Below are positions 29,135-39,451 of a DNA stretch of 64,000 bases, in pieces. Position numbers and translations under genes: made by a program. The notes beneath the pieces are model-generated. The model had not been told where the DNA came from and did no database searches. It saw only the letters and a program-made list of their open reading frames with translations. The stretch comes from a virus (taxonomy: Duplodnaviria > Caudoviricetes): positions 128,001-192,000 of IMG/VR virus record IMGVR_UViG_3300045594_000116; one strand, given 5' to 3'. Each line of letters opens with the position of its first letter. Within the stretch, counting starts at the first letter, position 1.

Positions 29135-31405
29135 ATGGCAAACGGTTTTATAACCCCGCCTAGAACACAGCAGCAGATACCTGCACAAGAAATCAGAATC
29201 TGCTATCAGATGACAACAAGAAACAAATCGTTTCTTGAGATGCATTATTATCTGAAAAAGAAAGGCATTAAAAATAACGCTTTCATGCTTCAGCTATTAG
29301 ACCCAGACTTAGCCGGTATCGACCCACATGATCCGATGCTAAGTAGAACTATGAAGATGAAGGTACAACGAGAATGCATGTTTAACTTCTGGTATTATGT
29401 ACGAGAGGTTGTTCGTGTTACTCACTCTGGTAGCCCAAAAGGTATACCATTCATGCTTCACAGAGGAAACATGGCAATGTTCTTCTGTATGCTGCAAAAT
29501 ATCAATACATTTATAGAACTACCGCGTCAGCAGGGTAAAACACTTGGTGCGTGTGTATTCTATTCATGGGCATATAATTTTGGTACTGCTAACTCTGAGT
29601 TACGTTTCATGAATAAGGACTTAGCAGGTTCTAAAGATAACTTGGCCAAAGTCAAAGAGATTATCGGTATGCTACCATCCTATCTTCAGATGACTCGTGA
29701 ATACACGATGGTCGGAGATAGAAAGAAGAAAGCTACTGCTAACGTAGAGACTATAGCTCATGTAATCAACCATAATAAGATTAGAACCGTAGCCTCTGCT
29801 AGAAGTAGAAATGCTGCTGGCAATCTGTTACGTGGTAAAACTATTACGTTCTGGTGGATGGACGAGTGGGCATTCATTGGATACAATGATGCCATCTATT
29901 TATCAACATATCCTGCATTGAAAACAGCATTCGATAATGCTAGAGCAGCTAATAAACCATATGGTATTCTTATTACAACCACTCCTGGTATACTGAGTAC
30001 AACTGAGGGTAAGTATGCATTTGAAATGAAAGAAGATGCATCTGAGTTCTCTGAGACTTGGTATGATAAAGCCCCTATGCAGATTAGATCTATACTTGAT
30101 GCTAATCAGAAGAGTGATTTCGTATATATAAGATTCAGCTACAAGCAGTTGGGTCGAGACGAGCAATGGTTCTTCGAGATCTGTAAAGGTTTGCAGTGGA
30201 AGATGCGAGACATCAGACGAGAGGTCTTACTTGAGTGGACTGATATGCCTGAGAATTGCCCATTCTCCCCTGAGGATCTTGAGGATATTGAGAAGAAGGT
30301 CAATGAGCCTATCAATCGTATTGAGTTCTTTGATCGTTATATCTTAAATGTGTATAAGCCAATTCCTCTTAGATCTGACTATGTTCCTAAGTATCCGCCA
30401 ATCATTGGTGTCGACGTTTCTGGTGGTTATAGACGCGATGCATCTGCAATCACCGTTATAGATTCTAGAACAACTGAAGTTATCGCCGATTTCAATTCTA
30501 ACCATATCTCTCCGATAGATCTTGCTAGATTGGTACTGGATATAACTTGTAGATTCTATCCTAATGCAGTAATCAACGTAGAGCGAAACGGCGGATTCGG
30601 TGCTTCAGTAATAGCTAAGCTCAAAGAGTCCAAAGTCAAAAAGAATCTGTATTTCGAGATGAAAGACCGTGTTGTAGAAGAGCAGACCGATGGCATTAGA
30701 ATTCGTAAGAAGAAGATGCTTACAAAGGTATTTGGCTTGGATTCTACTAAAGACGTTCGTGAACTCTTAATAGAGATTCTTAGAGAGCGCGTTCAGTATC
30801 ATAAAGACAAGTTCAACTCTCCTACGATACTGAATGAAATGAAGAGAATGGAGATCAAAAGAACCGGTAAGGTTGAGCACTCCGATAACTCTCACGATGA
30901 CCAGGTGTTCTCTTACCTGATGGCTCTCTACGTATGGTATGAAGGTAAAAACCTTAGAGAGAATTTCCATATTGAGAAGCAGAGTATTAAGGTAGAAGAG
31001 GGCGTTGATGATACAATCACGGCTCTTGACCAGAAATATACGTCTGTTATCGATGAGGTCGTAGGACCTGCTGCAACTCCTGAGGAAGATGCAAGGAATG
31101 AAGAAGTCAATCAGATGCTGTCAGAGCTGAAGAAAGGACAAGGCATTCTGTTCAATGAGTTTGCAAAGCGTAGGGATGAAGAAGAGGATCGTATGTTTAA
31201 GATGCTCTTACGTTCCAAACCCGTTTTAAAGTCTTATTGTAAAGAGCACAACATCTCAGAAGAAGAAGCTAGAGAAGAAGCCTTTGGTGGAGAAACCGAC
31301 ATCCCAGATTCTGTCTTCACTGGATTCAATTCCGATGTAGAGATGGATCAAGCGAACAAACTGAAGCGTAATTTTAACATGCTTAACTTCCCAACTGGAA
31401 GATAA
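29135..31405 (+). CDS. terL: terminase large subunit
   Basis: PRQQGKT Walker A, WWMDEWAF Walker B, TTTP, IGVDVSGG and HDDQV nuclease motifs. Confidence 0.92.
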   Translation: MANGFITPPRTQQQIPAQEIRICYQMTTRNKSFLEMHYYLKKKGIKNNAFMLQLLDPDLAGIDPHDPMLSRTMKMKVQRECMFNFWYYVREVVRVTHSGSPKGIPFMLHRGNMAMFFCMLQNINTFIELPRQQGKTLGACVFYSWAYNFGTANSELRFMNKDLAGSKDNLAKVKEIIGMLPSYLQMTREYTMVGDRKKKATANVETIAHVINHNKIRTVASARSRNAAGNLLRGKTITFWWMDEWAFIGYNDAIYLSTYPALKTAFDNARAANKPYGILITTTPGILSTTEGKYAFEMKEDASEFSETWYDKAPMQIRSILDANQKSDFVYIRFSYKQLGRDEQWFFEICKGLQWKMRDIRREVLLEWTDMPENCPFSPEDLEDIEKKVNEPINRIEFFDRYILNVYKPIPLRSDYVPKYPPIIGVDVSGGYRRDASAITVIDSRTTEVIADFNSNHISPIDLARLVLDITCRFYPNAVINVERNGGFGASVIAKLKESKVKKNLYFEMKDRVVEEQTDGIRIRKKKMLTKVFGLDSTKDVRELLIEILRERVQYHKDKFNSPTILNEMKRMEIKRTGKVEHSDNSHDDQVFSYLMALYVWYEGKNLRENFHIEKQSIKVEEGVDDTITALDQKYTSVIDEVVGPAATPEEDARNEEVNQMLSELKKGQGILFNEFAKRRDEEEDRMFKMLLRSKPVLKSYCKEHNISEEEAREEAFGGETDIPDSVFTGFNSDVEMDQANKLKRNFNMLNFPTGR

Positions 31406-31664
31406 GACAGTAATACTCCCACTACCCGTTATTGGGTAGTGGGATATTGCATGCATTTGCCCCTCTGGTAATACCAGAGGAGCGAATACAGATTCGAAAT
31501 GAAACCAACGTAGGGAAACACCCAATCAACCGAAATCAAACAGATGAAGCATATATCTCTATTTGATTTACTTCAATGTTTCAATTATATATCATAATAC
31601 TGTAAGAGGATATATTGATATATCATTCTTAACAAAAGCCAGTACATGGCGAGGAGGAGATCAC

Positions 31665-32186
31665 ATGAGAAAGTGGTGTAAAGAACTGTTCGGGATGGAC
31701 TATTCCGAGATAGTTCGAAACCACAAAGCACTCATAGCGAAAGAGCTGAACGAGCCTTTCGTTATGGTATCATTCATAACCTTATTACCGTTAGACGGAT
31801 TCACCGTTGAAGCGACAATAAGACTGTGTACAGAAAGGGGGCGTAGGGTATTTATCGATGGGATCATCGATGGTAATCAGGTAAGAAGCCATGGTAGAAA
31901 CCATAGCTACTTTTATGAAATGGAAGATGCAGAAGCTGATGTAGCGGTCTACCATTTCATCAAGTTGTGGATGAGAAATACTGATATCCATAACTTTGCT
32001 CAATCATTCAGATCATTCATTTGCACCGATTGGCTGATGGAGCAGGAGATAAAGTTCGTCCTGTCCTACGCCAAAACAGTAGGCCCTGATTCAGCAATGT
32101 CTGAAGCTCAGAAGGTGTTTGAGTTTAGGCAGCCAATCAGAGACGCTATTGAATCTAAAGTAAAGGAGATGATCAAGAATGTTTAA
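31665..32186 (+). CDS. hypothetical early protein
   Basis: Start MRKW after gaggag; early-like atatatcata site upstream. Confidence 0.65.
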   Translation: MRKWCKELFGMDYSEIVRNHKALIAKELNEPFVMVSFITLLPLDGFTVEATIRLCTERGRRVFIDGIIDGNQVRSHGRNHSYFYEMEDAEADVAVYHFIKLWMRNTDIHNFAQSFRSFICTDWLMEQEIKFVLSYAKTVGPDSAMSEAQKVFEFRQPIRDAIESKVKEMIKNV

Positions 32187-32679
32187 GGACGAAAAAGACG
32201 GAATGTATGCGACGCTCTTCAAGTCAAAGGATAAGGTAATCGATATTCCCGTATCCGATGATAAAATCCTTATGGTATCTGTAGATATCAATAAGGATTC
32301 ACTGATTGTTCTGGCAACAACAATCAGCAAGCGTGAGCCAGATGTAACGGCTGAAACTACATCATTGGTAGTTAAGCCAGGGACCTGGTTGGAAAAGGCC
32401 TACATTAAGGTCATTTCCGAATCACTGCAAGGCACTGAGTATGAAAGAGTATACCAGCGTCTTGCTGGGGTTGCAAATGGAAGATATGTCAAGCGTATCT
32501 TCTATAAGAACGTAATCCTTGCCGGACTGCGTGCAGAGGGTTTCACAACTCCTTTCGACAAGTTTCTTGAGAAAGTCGTGTATACGACAGTAGAGGAACT
32601 TGAAGCCACGTTAGATATAATCAGAAACGAATATAGCCGCTCTATATTCACTGTCGTAAAGGAGTTGTTGAGAAAATGA
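32179..32679 (+). CDS. hypothetical protein
   Basis: aaggag RBS; overlapping operon structure. Confidence 0.7.
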   Translation: MFKDEKDGMYATLFKSKDKVIDIPVSDDKILMVSVDINKDSLIVLATTISKREPDVTAETTSLVVKPGTWLEKAYIKVISESLQGTEYERVYQRLAGVANGRYVKRIFYKNVILAGLRAEGFTTPFDKFLEKVVYTTVEELEATLDIIRNEYSRSIFTVVKELLRK

Positions 32680-33194
32680 ATTTGATTAACCTTTATCCAT
32701 ATGAGGATTATCTCAAAAGCCAAACTATTCATCTTGAAGTAGGTGGGTATATTTCGTATGAAGCCCATCCAGATGAATATGAAGATGGCTACGTAGTAAT
32801 GAGAATTGTTGAGCAGAATAACGGAACTTCTGTGTTCCGGCTTAACAATGGTAAGCTCATTACAGACCTTACAGTAGTGGATCAGGATCTGCTCGATTAT
32901 CTCGAGAAAGAGGGAGATGATCGATTTAACGCTGCAGTTAAAATGTTTAAGGAGGCGACATTTGAAAACGACATGCAGCAGTATTTATATAATGAGCTCA
33001 AGGAGATTGTCTTTATGACACTACGAGAGCTTATTACGAAGCGAGATATGTTAGATTCGCTTCTGTACAGCATCCCAAAAGTGAATCTCACTATTGGGAA
33101 ACATATGGTAGAAAAGTTGGCAGCTAATGAAAACGATATCAATCGTTGTAAGCTGTTGACCATGTCTGCCAATATCTTAGCCGAAGTAAAGTAA
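32676..33194 (+). CDS. hypothetical protein
   Basis: ATGA overlap with the upstream gene. Confidence 0.7.
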   Translation: MNLINLYPYEDYLKSQTIHLEVGGYISYEAHPDEYEDGYVVMRIVEQNNGTSVFRLNNGKLITDLTVVDQDLLDYLEKEGDDRFNAAVKMFKEATFENDMQQYLYNELKEIVFMTLRELITKRDMLDSLLYSIPKVNLTIGKHMVEKLAANENDINRCKLLTMSANILAEVK

Positions 33195-33215
33195 ATTATT
33201 TAGGAGGAATTTAAA

Positions 33216-33593
33216 ATGAAAAATGTAAAAGCAATGGTAATGGTATTCGCAGTGGCACTGATGATGATTGGTGTTGTTGGAACGGCACAGGCGTCGATGT
33301 ATTACAATGGGGATGAAAATTTCCCATCGGTATACTCAGATGGATATGGTACTACGTACTATATAGATCGTAGTAGTGCATGCTATGGTACCTATGACAA
33401 TAGTGGCGATACTGAATTTGCTGCTATTTTCATTGAGGAAAATGCTCGTGGTGGTTCTGCAAGAACCACGTACCAGTTCAAAGATGCTTCTGACGCATCA
33501 TATTGGTCCACTACAAGTAGCAGTTCTTGGCATCGCATTAGCAATAAAGTTATGTGGATGTTCCACAATGCAGCTAAAAACTGGGCTCGGTAA
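33216..33593 (+). CDS. secreted protein with a Sec signal peptide
   Basis: MKNVK + hydrophobic core + AQA cleavage site; ggagg RBS. Confidence 0.75.
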   Translation: MKNVKAMVMVFAVALMMIGVVGTAQASMYYNGDENFPSVYSDGYGTTYYIDRSSACYGTYDNSGDTEFAAIFIEENARGGSARTTYQFKDASDASYWSTTSSSSWHRISNKVMWMFHNAAKNWAR

Positions 33594-33693
33594 TTTAGCG
33601 TAGTTCTAAATAAAGGGGAATCATATGATTCCCTTTTATTTTTTATTTGATTCTGTACAAATGAGTAAACTGAACCATATAGGGGGAGAAAAA

Positions 33694-34452
33694 ATGGAAG
33701 AATATATTTGCAACTCTAGAGCCTTCGGTATCAAGGAGGAAAATGAGGTTGCGGTAATCTTGTCGAACTTTAGCTCTGACTATGTCATGGGCGCTATAGA
33801 TGACATTCTCGAAAAGAGAATGTCTAATTTTGAAGCCACAACCAAACCTAACTTTGTTGGTGGGTTTGAACAGAGCTTTAAGAATATGGAAGCTACCTTT
33901 CCAAGTGATATAAAGAATATCAGAGAGGTACGCGATAATACCTACCTTCAGATCGTAAATGTTATTTCTAAAGCATTTGATCTTGATACGGATTTTCAGG
34001 TTGAGGAAGATAAGTATCCAGTAGCATACTTCTTGTTTGACTTCTTCATCTCTAATTACGATATCTATCTTTCTCGCTTCTTTACCAACTATATCATCAG
34101 GGAGAAAGACTCTTTGTTCAAAGCTCTTGAGCTTGATGATATGGCAAAGAGCAAAGATGTTACCACATTCTTCAACAAGAACTTGTTCTCTGATCAGACT
34201 CTTGCTGTGCTGTCGGCTAACCTTGATAAATGCATCAAGTATATCTCGGCTATGGACTTTACCGAAGAGAATATCTTCAGTTCTGTATATCAGTATGAAA
34301 TCGTTACGATGCTTTGCAATCATGTACGTCCTCTACAGGATATGTTCAGATCGTCATTTTTGAGGACCCTGTCCAATCCTATTGTTTGGCCTATCGCAGC
34401 AACGCAGATCAAATTCAACCTTCAGAACGAAGCCATCAAAAATAAAATTTAA
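33694..34452 (+). CDS. hypothetical protein
   Basis: Start MEEYI after gggag; TACA-N6-TA site upstream. Confidence 0.7.
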   Translation: MEEYICNSRAFGIKEENEVAVILSNFSSDYVMGAIDDILEKRMSNFEATTKPNFVGGFEQSFKNMEATFPSDIKNIREVRDNTYLQIVNVISKAFDLDTDFQVEEDKYPVAYFLFDFFISNYDIYLSRFFTNYIIREKDSLFKALELDDMAKSKDVTTFFNKNLFSDQTLAVLSANLDKCIKYISAMDFTEENIFSSVYQYEIVTMLCNHVRPLQDMFRSSFLRTLSNPIVWPIAATQIKFNLQNEAIKNKI

Positions 34453-34467
34453 GGGAGTAATAAAAAC

Positions 34468-35475
34468 ATGAACAATGCCAAGGTAGTTAAGGAAATCAAT
34501 ACAAAAGAACAACTCAAAAACATGGAAGATGTTTCAAAGAAACTTGAAGATATGCCTATGGCAATTGATCCGATGCGTGCTAGCCTCGATAAGCTTTCTT
34601 CAGCACAGATCATGGCTCTGTATGAGCTGTCTGTACGTACAAAGAACGATAAGAACTTCAACCCTATTCCTGAGATTCCAGAGGAGATCTTCAATGTCAT
34701 CCAGGAAGATGGTAAAGCTCTCGGATTGAATTCTTCTGGCATTGCTATCCTTGCCAGAGAAATGGTAATGAGCTTCGGCGAAGAGATCATGCTTGATAAA
34801 GAGCTTAAGGAGCTTAGCAAAGAGATTGATCATGCCAAGGCCCTTCCTGAATTCATGGATCTTTACGGAGAAGCACTCCGCGATACGTATGAAGTAAAGA
34901 TCGGTGAAGAAGCTGAGAAAGAAACCGATCCTGAGCGGAAAGCCGCATTGCTTTCTGTTCGTGATGCATTCATTGATTCTTATACTCTTGCCCCGCTTCT
35001 TCCTATCATCAGCTGCAAGGAAGAGGGATCTCGTAAACGTCTTATCAAGACAATGTACAAGAAGGTCAATCGCCTTTGTGATGATTTCGATTTCACTTTG
35101 AACAAAGTCATTGCAAAGAAGACCTCTATTCGTTCGATCATCAATTCTCTTCACACCATCTATCCAGAGAATGAGGTTTGGAGAGATGAGCTCTTCATTG
35201 CTTGCTTGGCACTCGCTTGCCAAAATGCAAGAGTAGAAGATAAAGGGAAGATGATGTATATGTATGCATCTATCTTCAATATCAATACTCTGGCTATCAA
35301 CAAGAGCAAAGGCGTTGAAGAAGATATCGAGTTTACGAAGATTCGTAAAGAGAAACTTGATCAGTTCTTTGATGTTACTCGTGAAGTATTCCCGGATAAA
35401 GAATTCCCTGCGTATGAGTCAATGGCCGCAAAGAAGAAGAATAAGAAGGCGCGCGAACATCAATGTAAATCGTAA
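34468..35475 (+). CDS. hypothetical protein
   Basis: Long ORF with RBS. Confidence 0.75.
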   Translation: MNNAKVVKEINTKEQLKNMEDVSKKLEDMPMAIDPMRASLDKLSSAQIMALYELSVRTKNDKNFNPIPEIPEEIFNVIQEDGKALGLNSSGIAILAREMVMSFGEEIMLDKELKELSKEIDHAKALPEFMDLYGEALRDTYEVKIGEEAEKETDPERKAALLSVRDAFIDSYTLAPLLPIISCKEEGSRKRLIKTMYKKVNRLCDDFDFTLNKVIAKKTSIRSIINSLHTIYPENEVWRDELFIACLALACQNARVEDKGKMMYMYASIFNINTLAINKSKGVEEDIEFTKIRKEKLDQFFDVTREVFPDKEFPAYESMAAKKKNKKAREHQCKS

Positions 35476-35490
35476 AGGAGGTTTACAGAA

Positions 35491-36963
35491 ATGGATGATA
35501 TCACAAACTTTCCACTGACCCTTATAGATGTGGAAACGCGGCCTAATCTGAGACTATTGCTTAGATTCAGGTATTCAGATCCAAGCCACGATTATAATGT
35601 CATGCTTGAGAATGGCGTGCTGTACGATGTAATTTTCTTGCATCGTGGAGTTCTCAAAAAAGTAGTAGGAAGAATCATCGGTGTATCAAAAGTCCATAAT
35701 GTCGAGACAGTTGAGTATCCTCAGCGTCCTACGGAATGGCTCATTAGAGTTGATGCATCATCTGCTAATAGTTCATTAGTAGTAGATATCCTCAGTGGTC
35801 AGATTAGATTGCTTCGTAAGTATACTCCTCATATGGATGAGGACAATACCATTGCATCTGGAACGACTACTGGCGGGATTACCCACGGTGATGTTTATGA
35901 TGTAACAATCAAGAATCCTACCACTGATGATAAAGGCAACACTAATGGCGGAGATATTGACGATGGTAAAGTAGGTCCAAAGCCTACACCAGATCCTACA
36001 GATCCGACTAAAACCATCGTCACGCCTATCTCTCCGATCACAATCACCGAAGGTGGTTGTACAGCTGGTAAGAATAATTCCGGTAATGATGTCGTTGTTG
36101 TAAATGGCAATACTACCGGAGGTACTATCACTGGCGGTAAATTCGTATCTGGCAATATTTTGTCTCATGATACGGATGAGAATGGTAACTATACCCATTG
36201 CGTTATCAGCTATGCTGTAATTAGTAATAGCACTATCACTGGTGGTAAGACTACTGGTGGCTCAGTTATTGAACCTAAGTTCACTAACGTAACTGTTACA
36301 GGTGGTACTAGAACTGGTACCGACATGGTTACACATGGCGCAACTGTTGTTGGAGATATCGGAACTGGTGGGTATACTGAAGGAGGCGTCAATCACGGTG
36401 GGTCGGCTACTGGCGAAATCAATGGTAATCCTTATACTATTAGTGGAGGTACCTCTACTGGTGGTAAGTGTACCGGCTGTACTGTTATTGGTGGCGTTGT
36501 ATCCGGTGGAACTGTCGTGGGTGGCGCTATTATTAATGCCACTATTACTGGCGGTACTGCTACTGGTGGTACTACAATTAACGCTGACATTACTGTCGAC
36601 GGAGGTACGATATCGCCTGGCACTCACATCGATACCGTTAATCCTATCAGCGCTGTCGTTGTACCTACTGCCGTAGATCCGCTGACTCCAAACACTCCGG
36701 GTGGTAGTTCTACTGCTCCAACAGATCCTGTTATCGGGCCTACACATGTAACGCCTGGAACATCTACCAGACCTATTGGGCCTAATACCCCATATAACCC
36801 AATTGATCCATCCAATCCTAATAATCCTAACCCTCCTACTTACCCTAACGGTAATAGCACCGAAGCGTATTGGGATGGTCTTACCATTTATGGTAGTGAT
36901 GAAGGTATTGGATCAAATATTAAAACCTGGGACGGCAGACCTGGAGCCTGGGTAGAGAAATAA
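35491..36963 (+). CDS. Gly/Thr-rich repeat protein with a Pro/Asn-rich tail (possible virion appendage)
   Basis: Many (I/T/V)TGG repeats; PxNP repeats near the C-terminus. Confidence 0.65.
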   Translation: MDDITNFPLTLIDVETRPNLRLLLRFRYSDPSHDYNVMLENGVLYDVIFLHRGVLKKVVGRIIGVSKVHNVETVEYPQRPTEWLIRVDASSANSSLVVDILSGQIRLLRKYTPHMDEDNTIASGTTTGGITHGDVYDVTIKNPTTDDKGNTNGGDIDDGKVGPKPTPDPTDPTKTIVTPISPITITEGGCTAGKNNSGNDVVVVNGNTTGGTITGGKFVSGNILSHDTDENGNYTHCVISYAVISNSTITGGKTTGGSVIEPKFTNVTVTGGTRTGTDMVTHGATVVGDIGTGGYTEGGVNHGGSATGEINGNPYTISGGTSTGGKCTGCTVIGGVVSGGTVVGGAIINATITGGTATGGTTINADITVDGGTISPGTHIDTVNPISAVVVPTAVDPLTPNTPGGSSTAPTDPVIGPTHVTPGTSTRPIGPNTPYNPIDPSNPNNPNPPTYPNGNSTEAYWDGLTIYGSDEGIGSNIKTWDGRPGAWVEK

Positions 36964-36979
36964 AGTAAGAAGGTGCTGT

Positions 36980-37168
36980 ATGATCAAGTTCACTGATGAC
37001 CTACAAAATTCTAAACTCAGGGTCAATGCGGAACGACTTGTATCGGCTCTAAGCAATATGATGAAAGAACATCCTGAGCTTAGAATGAAAATAGAATCCA
37101 TGGATAGAGAATCGTGCAGAAACATTTCAGTTTGCTTTCAAATCACAGATACGGAAGAAGAGAATTAA
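36980..37168 (+). CDS. hypothetical protein
   Basis: aaggtg RBS, 62 aa. Confidence 0.5.
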   Translation: MIKFTDDLQNSKLRVNAERLVSALSNMMKEHPELRMKIESMDRESCRNISVCFQITDTEEEN

Positions 37169-37233
37169 AAGTATTGGCTACAGCATAATCGCTGTAGCCT
37201 ATATTTTTGCTTGTAAAAAAGGAGGAAGAATCA

Positions 37234-38043
37234 ATGGAAATAAAAGATGCAGAAGGTCTTACTCAATCAATACGAAAGAAATTTGGAATGCATGCAGATG
37301 AATCAACAGTTCTTAGTGCATTTGCTAATAATCCAACCAAGTATAAGGATGAGGTTACATACATCGCTAAGTATGGATTAGTTGATGAAGAGGGAAATAA
37401 AGGAGAGTTTATTGAAGAGTGCATGCCTCATTGGATCAATAAGAATGGTGCATTTGCATTTATGCTCTCGGTAACATATGCTAAGCATCATTGCTTAGGT
37501 TCTGACTATAAGGAAAGTGGCTATTTTACTACGTTCCTTCAGGACTCTATGAAGTTTGGAGTCAATAAGAAAAAGAGCAAAGATGTACAGGAGCAGATCA
37601 TAAAATATATGAATTTCTGTGTACGCAATGGCATAGACTTCAATCAGAAGAATGGTGTACTTATGCGAGCTACCACTGGCCATCTCTATAAAGATGTGGT
37701 AAAGGCGATGGTCAAACTGCATAAGATTCCACACAATGAGCGTATAGACATTGTTCTGGAGAGATTGATTGCTAATAAGGCATGGGATCTTGCAGAAGAC
37801 TTTATCCGCATGGGGGCTAAACTCTATACGAATAATGCTCATCTTGATTCGTATCTTGTTGAGGACGAAGAACTTCTTAAAGATGATCATATATCATTTT
37901 GTGCAAGATATGTCAAATCGGTTATCGATGAAAAAGCAAAAGAGCTTGTTAGCGTAGCTCCAGCTCAGACATTCATCGTAGATCCGAAGACATTCGCAAT
38001 GAAAAGAAAGAATTCAACTTTACCACCTTTGACAAATAGGTAA
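37234..38043 (+). CDS. hypothetical protein with weak ankyrin-like helices
   Basis: Start MEIKD after aaggagg; GIDFNQ...DVVKAMV and GAKL patterns. Confidence 0.6.
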   Translation: MEIKDAEGLTQSIRKKFGMHADESTVLSAFANNPTKYKDEVTYIAKYGLVDEEGNKGEFIEECMPHWINKNGAFAFMLSVTYAKHHCLGSDYKESGYFTTFLQDSMKFGVNKKKSKDVQEQIIKYMNFCVRNGIDFNQKNGVLMRATTGHLYKDVVKAMVKLHKIPHNERIDIVLERLIANKAWDLAEDFIRMGAKLYTNNAHLDSYLVEDEELLKDDHISFCARYVKSVIDEKAKELVSVAPAQTFIVDPKTFAMKRKNSTLPPLTNR

Positions 38044-38056
38044 GAGGTGATAGATC

Positions 38057-38785
38057 ATGGCTAAATGGCCTACGTTTTTAAAGAAAGATGGAGACAAAGT
38101 TCTCTTCAATGCACCAGGAGAGCTTTTATTTTTTCTTCCTGAGAAGTTATTCGATCTTAGATTAGCTTTCCCAGCCGGAGACTATCAGAATGTATTTGGT
38201 CTGCTGAACTATTGTTTGGTAGATGCTAATGGTAAGAAAGGGAAACTTAAACTGCTTAAGCTCCCTACAAGATTTCTTACTCAGCCGTATAAGATTGATA
38301 AGATTAAAGAAGCAAAGCTTATTTCCACTTCTAAAGTTCAGGATTACAGGGTATTCCGCTTTAAGAAGGGAGATGCTGTCATCGTAGAAACACGAGTTCC
38401 TATGGATATCAAGAATGTAGAGGACTTCATTAATCTTATTCTTATTACTGGTAATATGACAAACAGCGTTCCATATGATAAGATTCAGGATATGTTCATG
38501 AAGAATATGGAGATCAATGGCAATAACTATAACGTTAGTGCACAGATGTTTGGTATCATATTCTCGGAATGCTGTAGAGCTTTGAATGATCCATCTAAGC
38601 CGTATCGACTCAGTAATACGAATGACTTAACAGCATACGTATTGATGAGTGTAAAGAAGGTATCTCGACTCATCAGTTCTTATTCTGCATTTACATCGGA
38701 GAACTTTATGGAATCTATTACGCATGCTATGATGAATGATAAGAAAGTGGATCAGCCATTAGAGCGTGTAATGACAGGAGATTGA
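38057..38785 (+). CDS. late protein; candidate C-terminal beta-prime fragment of the virion RNAP
   Basis: C-terminal SSYSAFTSENFMESITHAMM resembles the beta-prime SAASFQ/E region; GACA-N6-TA site upstream. Confidence 0.4.
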   Translation: MAKWPTFLKKDGDKVLFNAPGELLFFLPEKLFDLRLAFPAGDYQNVFGLLNYCLVDANGKKGKLKLLKLPTRFLTQPYKIDKIKEAKLISTSKVQDYRVFRFKKGDAVIVETRVPMDIKNVEDFINLILITGNMTNSVPYDKIQDMFMKNMEINGNNYNVSAQMFGIIFSECCRALNDPSKPYRLSNTNDLTAYVLMSVKKVSRLISSYSAFTSENFMESITHAMMNDKKVDQPLERVMTGD

Positions 38786-38791
38786 TTTAAA

Positions 38792-39295
38792 ATGTCATAT
38801 CCAACTTCGGGAATCAAAGTCAAATTTGATGAAGAACCTACCAATAAGTCTAAAGATAAAACTCCATACAAAGGACTTTCTGGTTGGCTCGATTCAATGC
38901 CAAAGGAAGAAAGAACTGGATTCGCAAGATCTACATTCGCGCCGTTGAACAACCTTCTTAAGAATGCAGCTAAGAAAGATGACTTACCTAAACCAGATGC
39001 TATACTAAAGAAACAGTATATGCTCAATGCTTCTGATAAGATCGTGTTAGATCCAGATCAGAAATATGCATTGGTATATGATGAGCATGGCAACAGAAAA
39101 GGAATCATCGAAGGAAAGTTAGCTGGATTGATCGAATGTAAGCTCAAGAAGGTTAACGATAAAAACTCAGCGGTATATGCTAAGGATGGTTATCTTAAAG
39201 GAATAATCACTGGGCCTGGTAGTGACCTTAGCAAATATAGCTTAGATCCTTTAAAAGTTATGCCTCCTGTTGAAAAGATTGAAAAAATCGAATAA
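38792..39295 (+). CDS. hypothetical protein
   Basis: Follows in the operon; short internal duplication (ALVYDEHGNRKGII / SAVYAKDGYLKGII). Confidence 0.65.
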   Translation: MSYPTSGIKVKFDEEPTNKSKDKTPYKGLSGWLDSMPKEERTGFARSTFAPLNNLLKNAAKKDDLPKPDAILKKQYMLNASDKIVLDPDQKYALVYDEHGNRKGIIEGKLAGLIECKLKKVNDKNSAVYAKDGYLKGIITGPGSDLSKYSLDPLKVMPPVEKIEKIE

Positions 39296-39310
39296 GAAAA
39301 GTACATTTAT

Positions 39311-39350
39311 ATCCCTCTACCTAATGCTGGTAGAGGGATTTTCTGTGCTC
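39311..39350 (+). terminator. hairpin + TGTG-tail terminator-like element
   Basis: atccctctacc-taatgct-ggtagagggat-tttctgtg. Confidence 0.65.
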
Positions 39351-39451
39351 GAAAACGTATTAGCTGTAGGGCGTTAAAGCTAACATATCATTAAAGTTAC
39401 CTTTTCTAGGGGAACAAATAAAAAATGAAACCAATAAAGGAGGAAACATAA

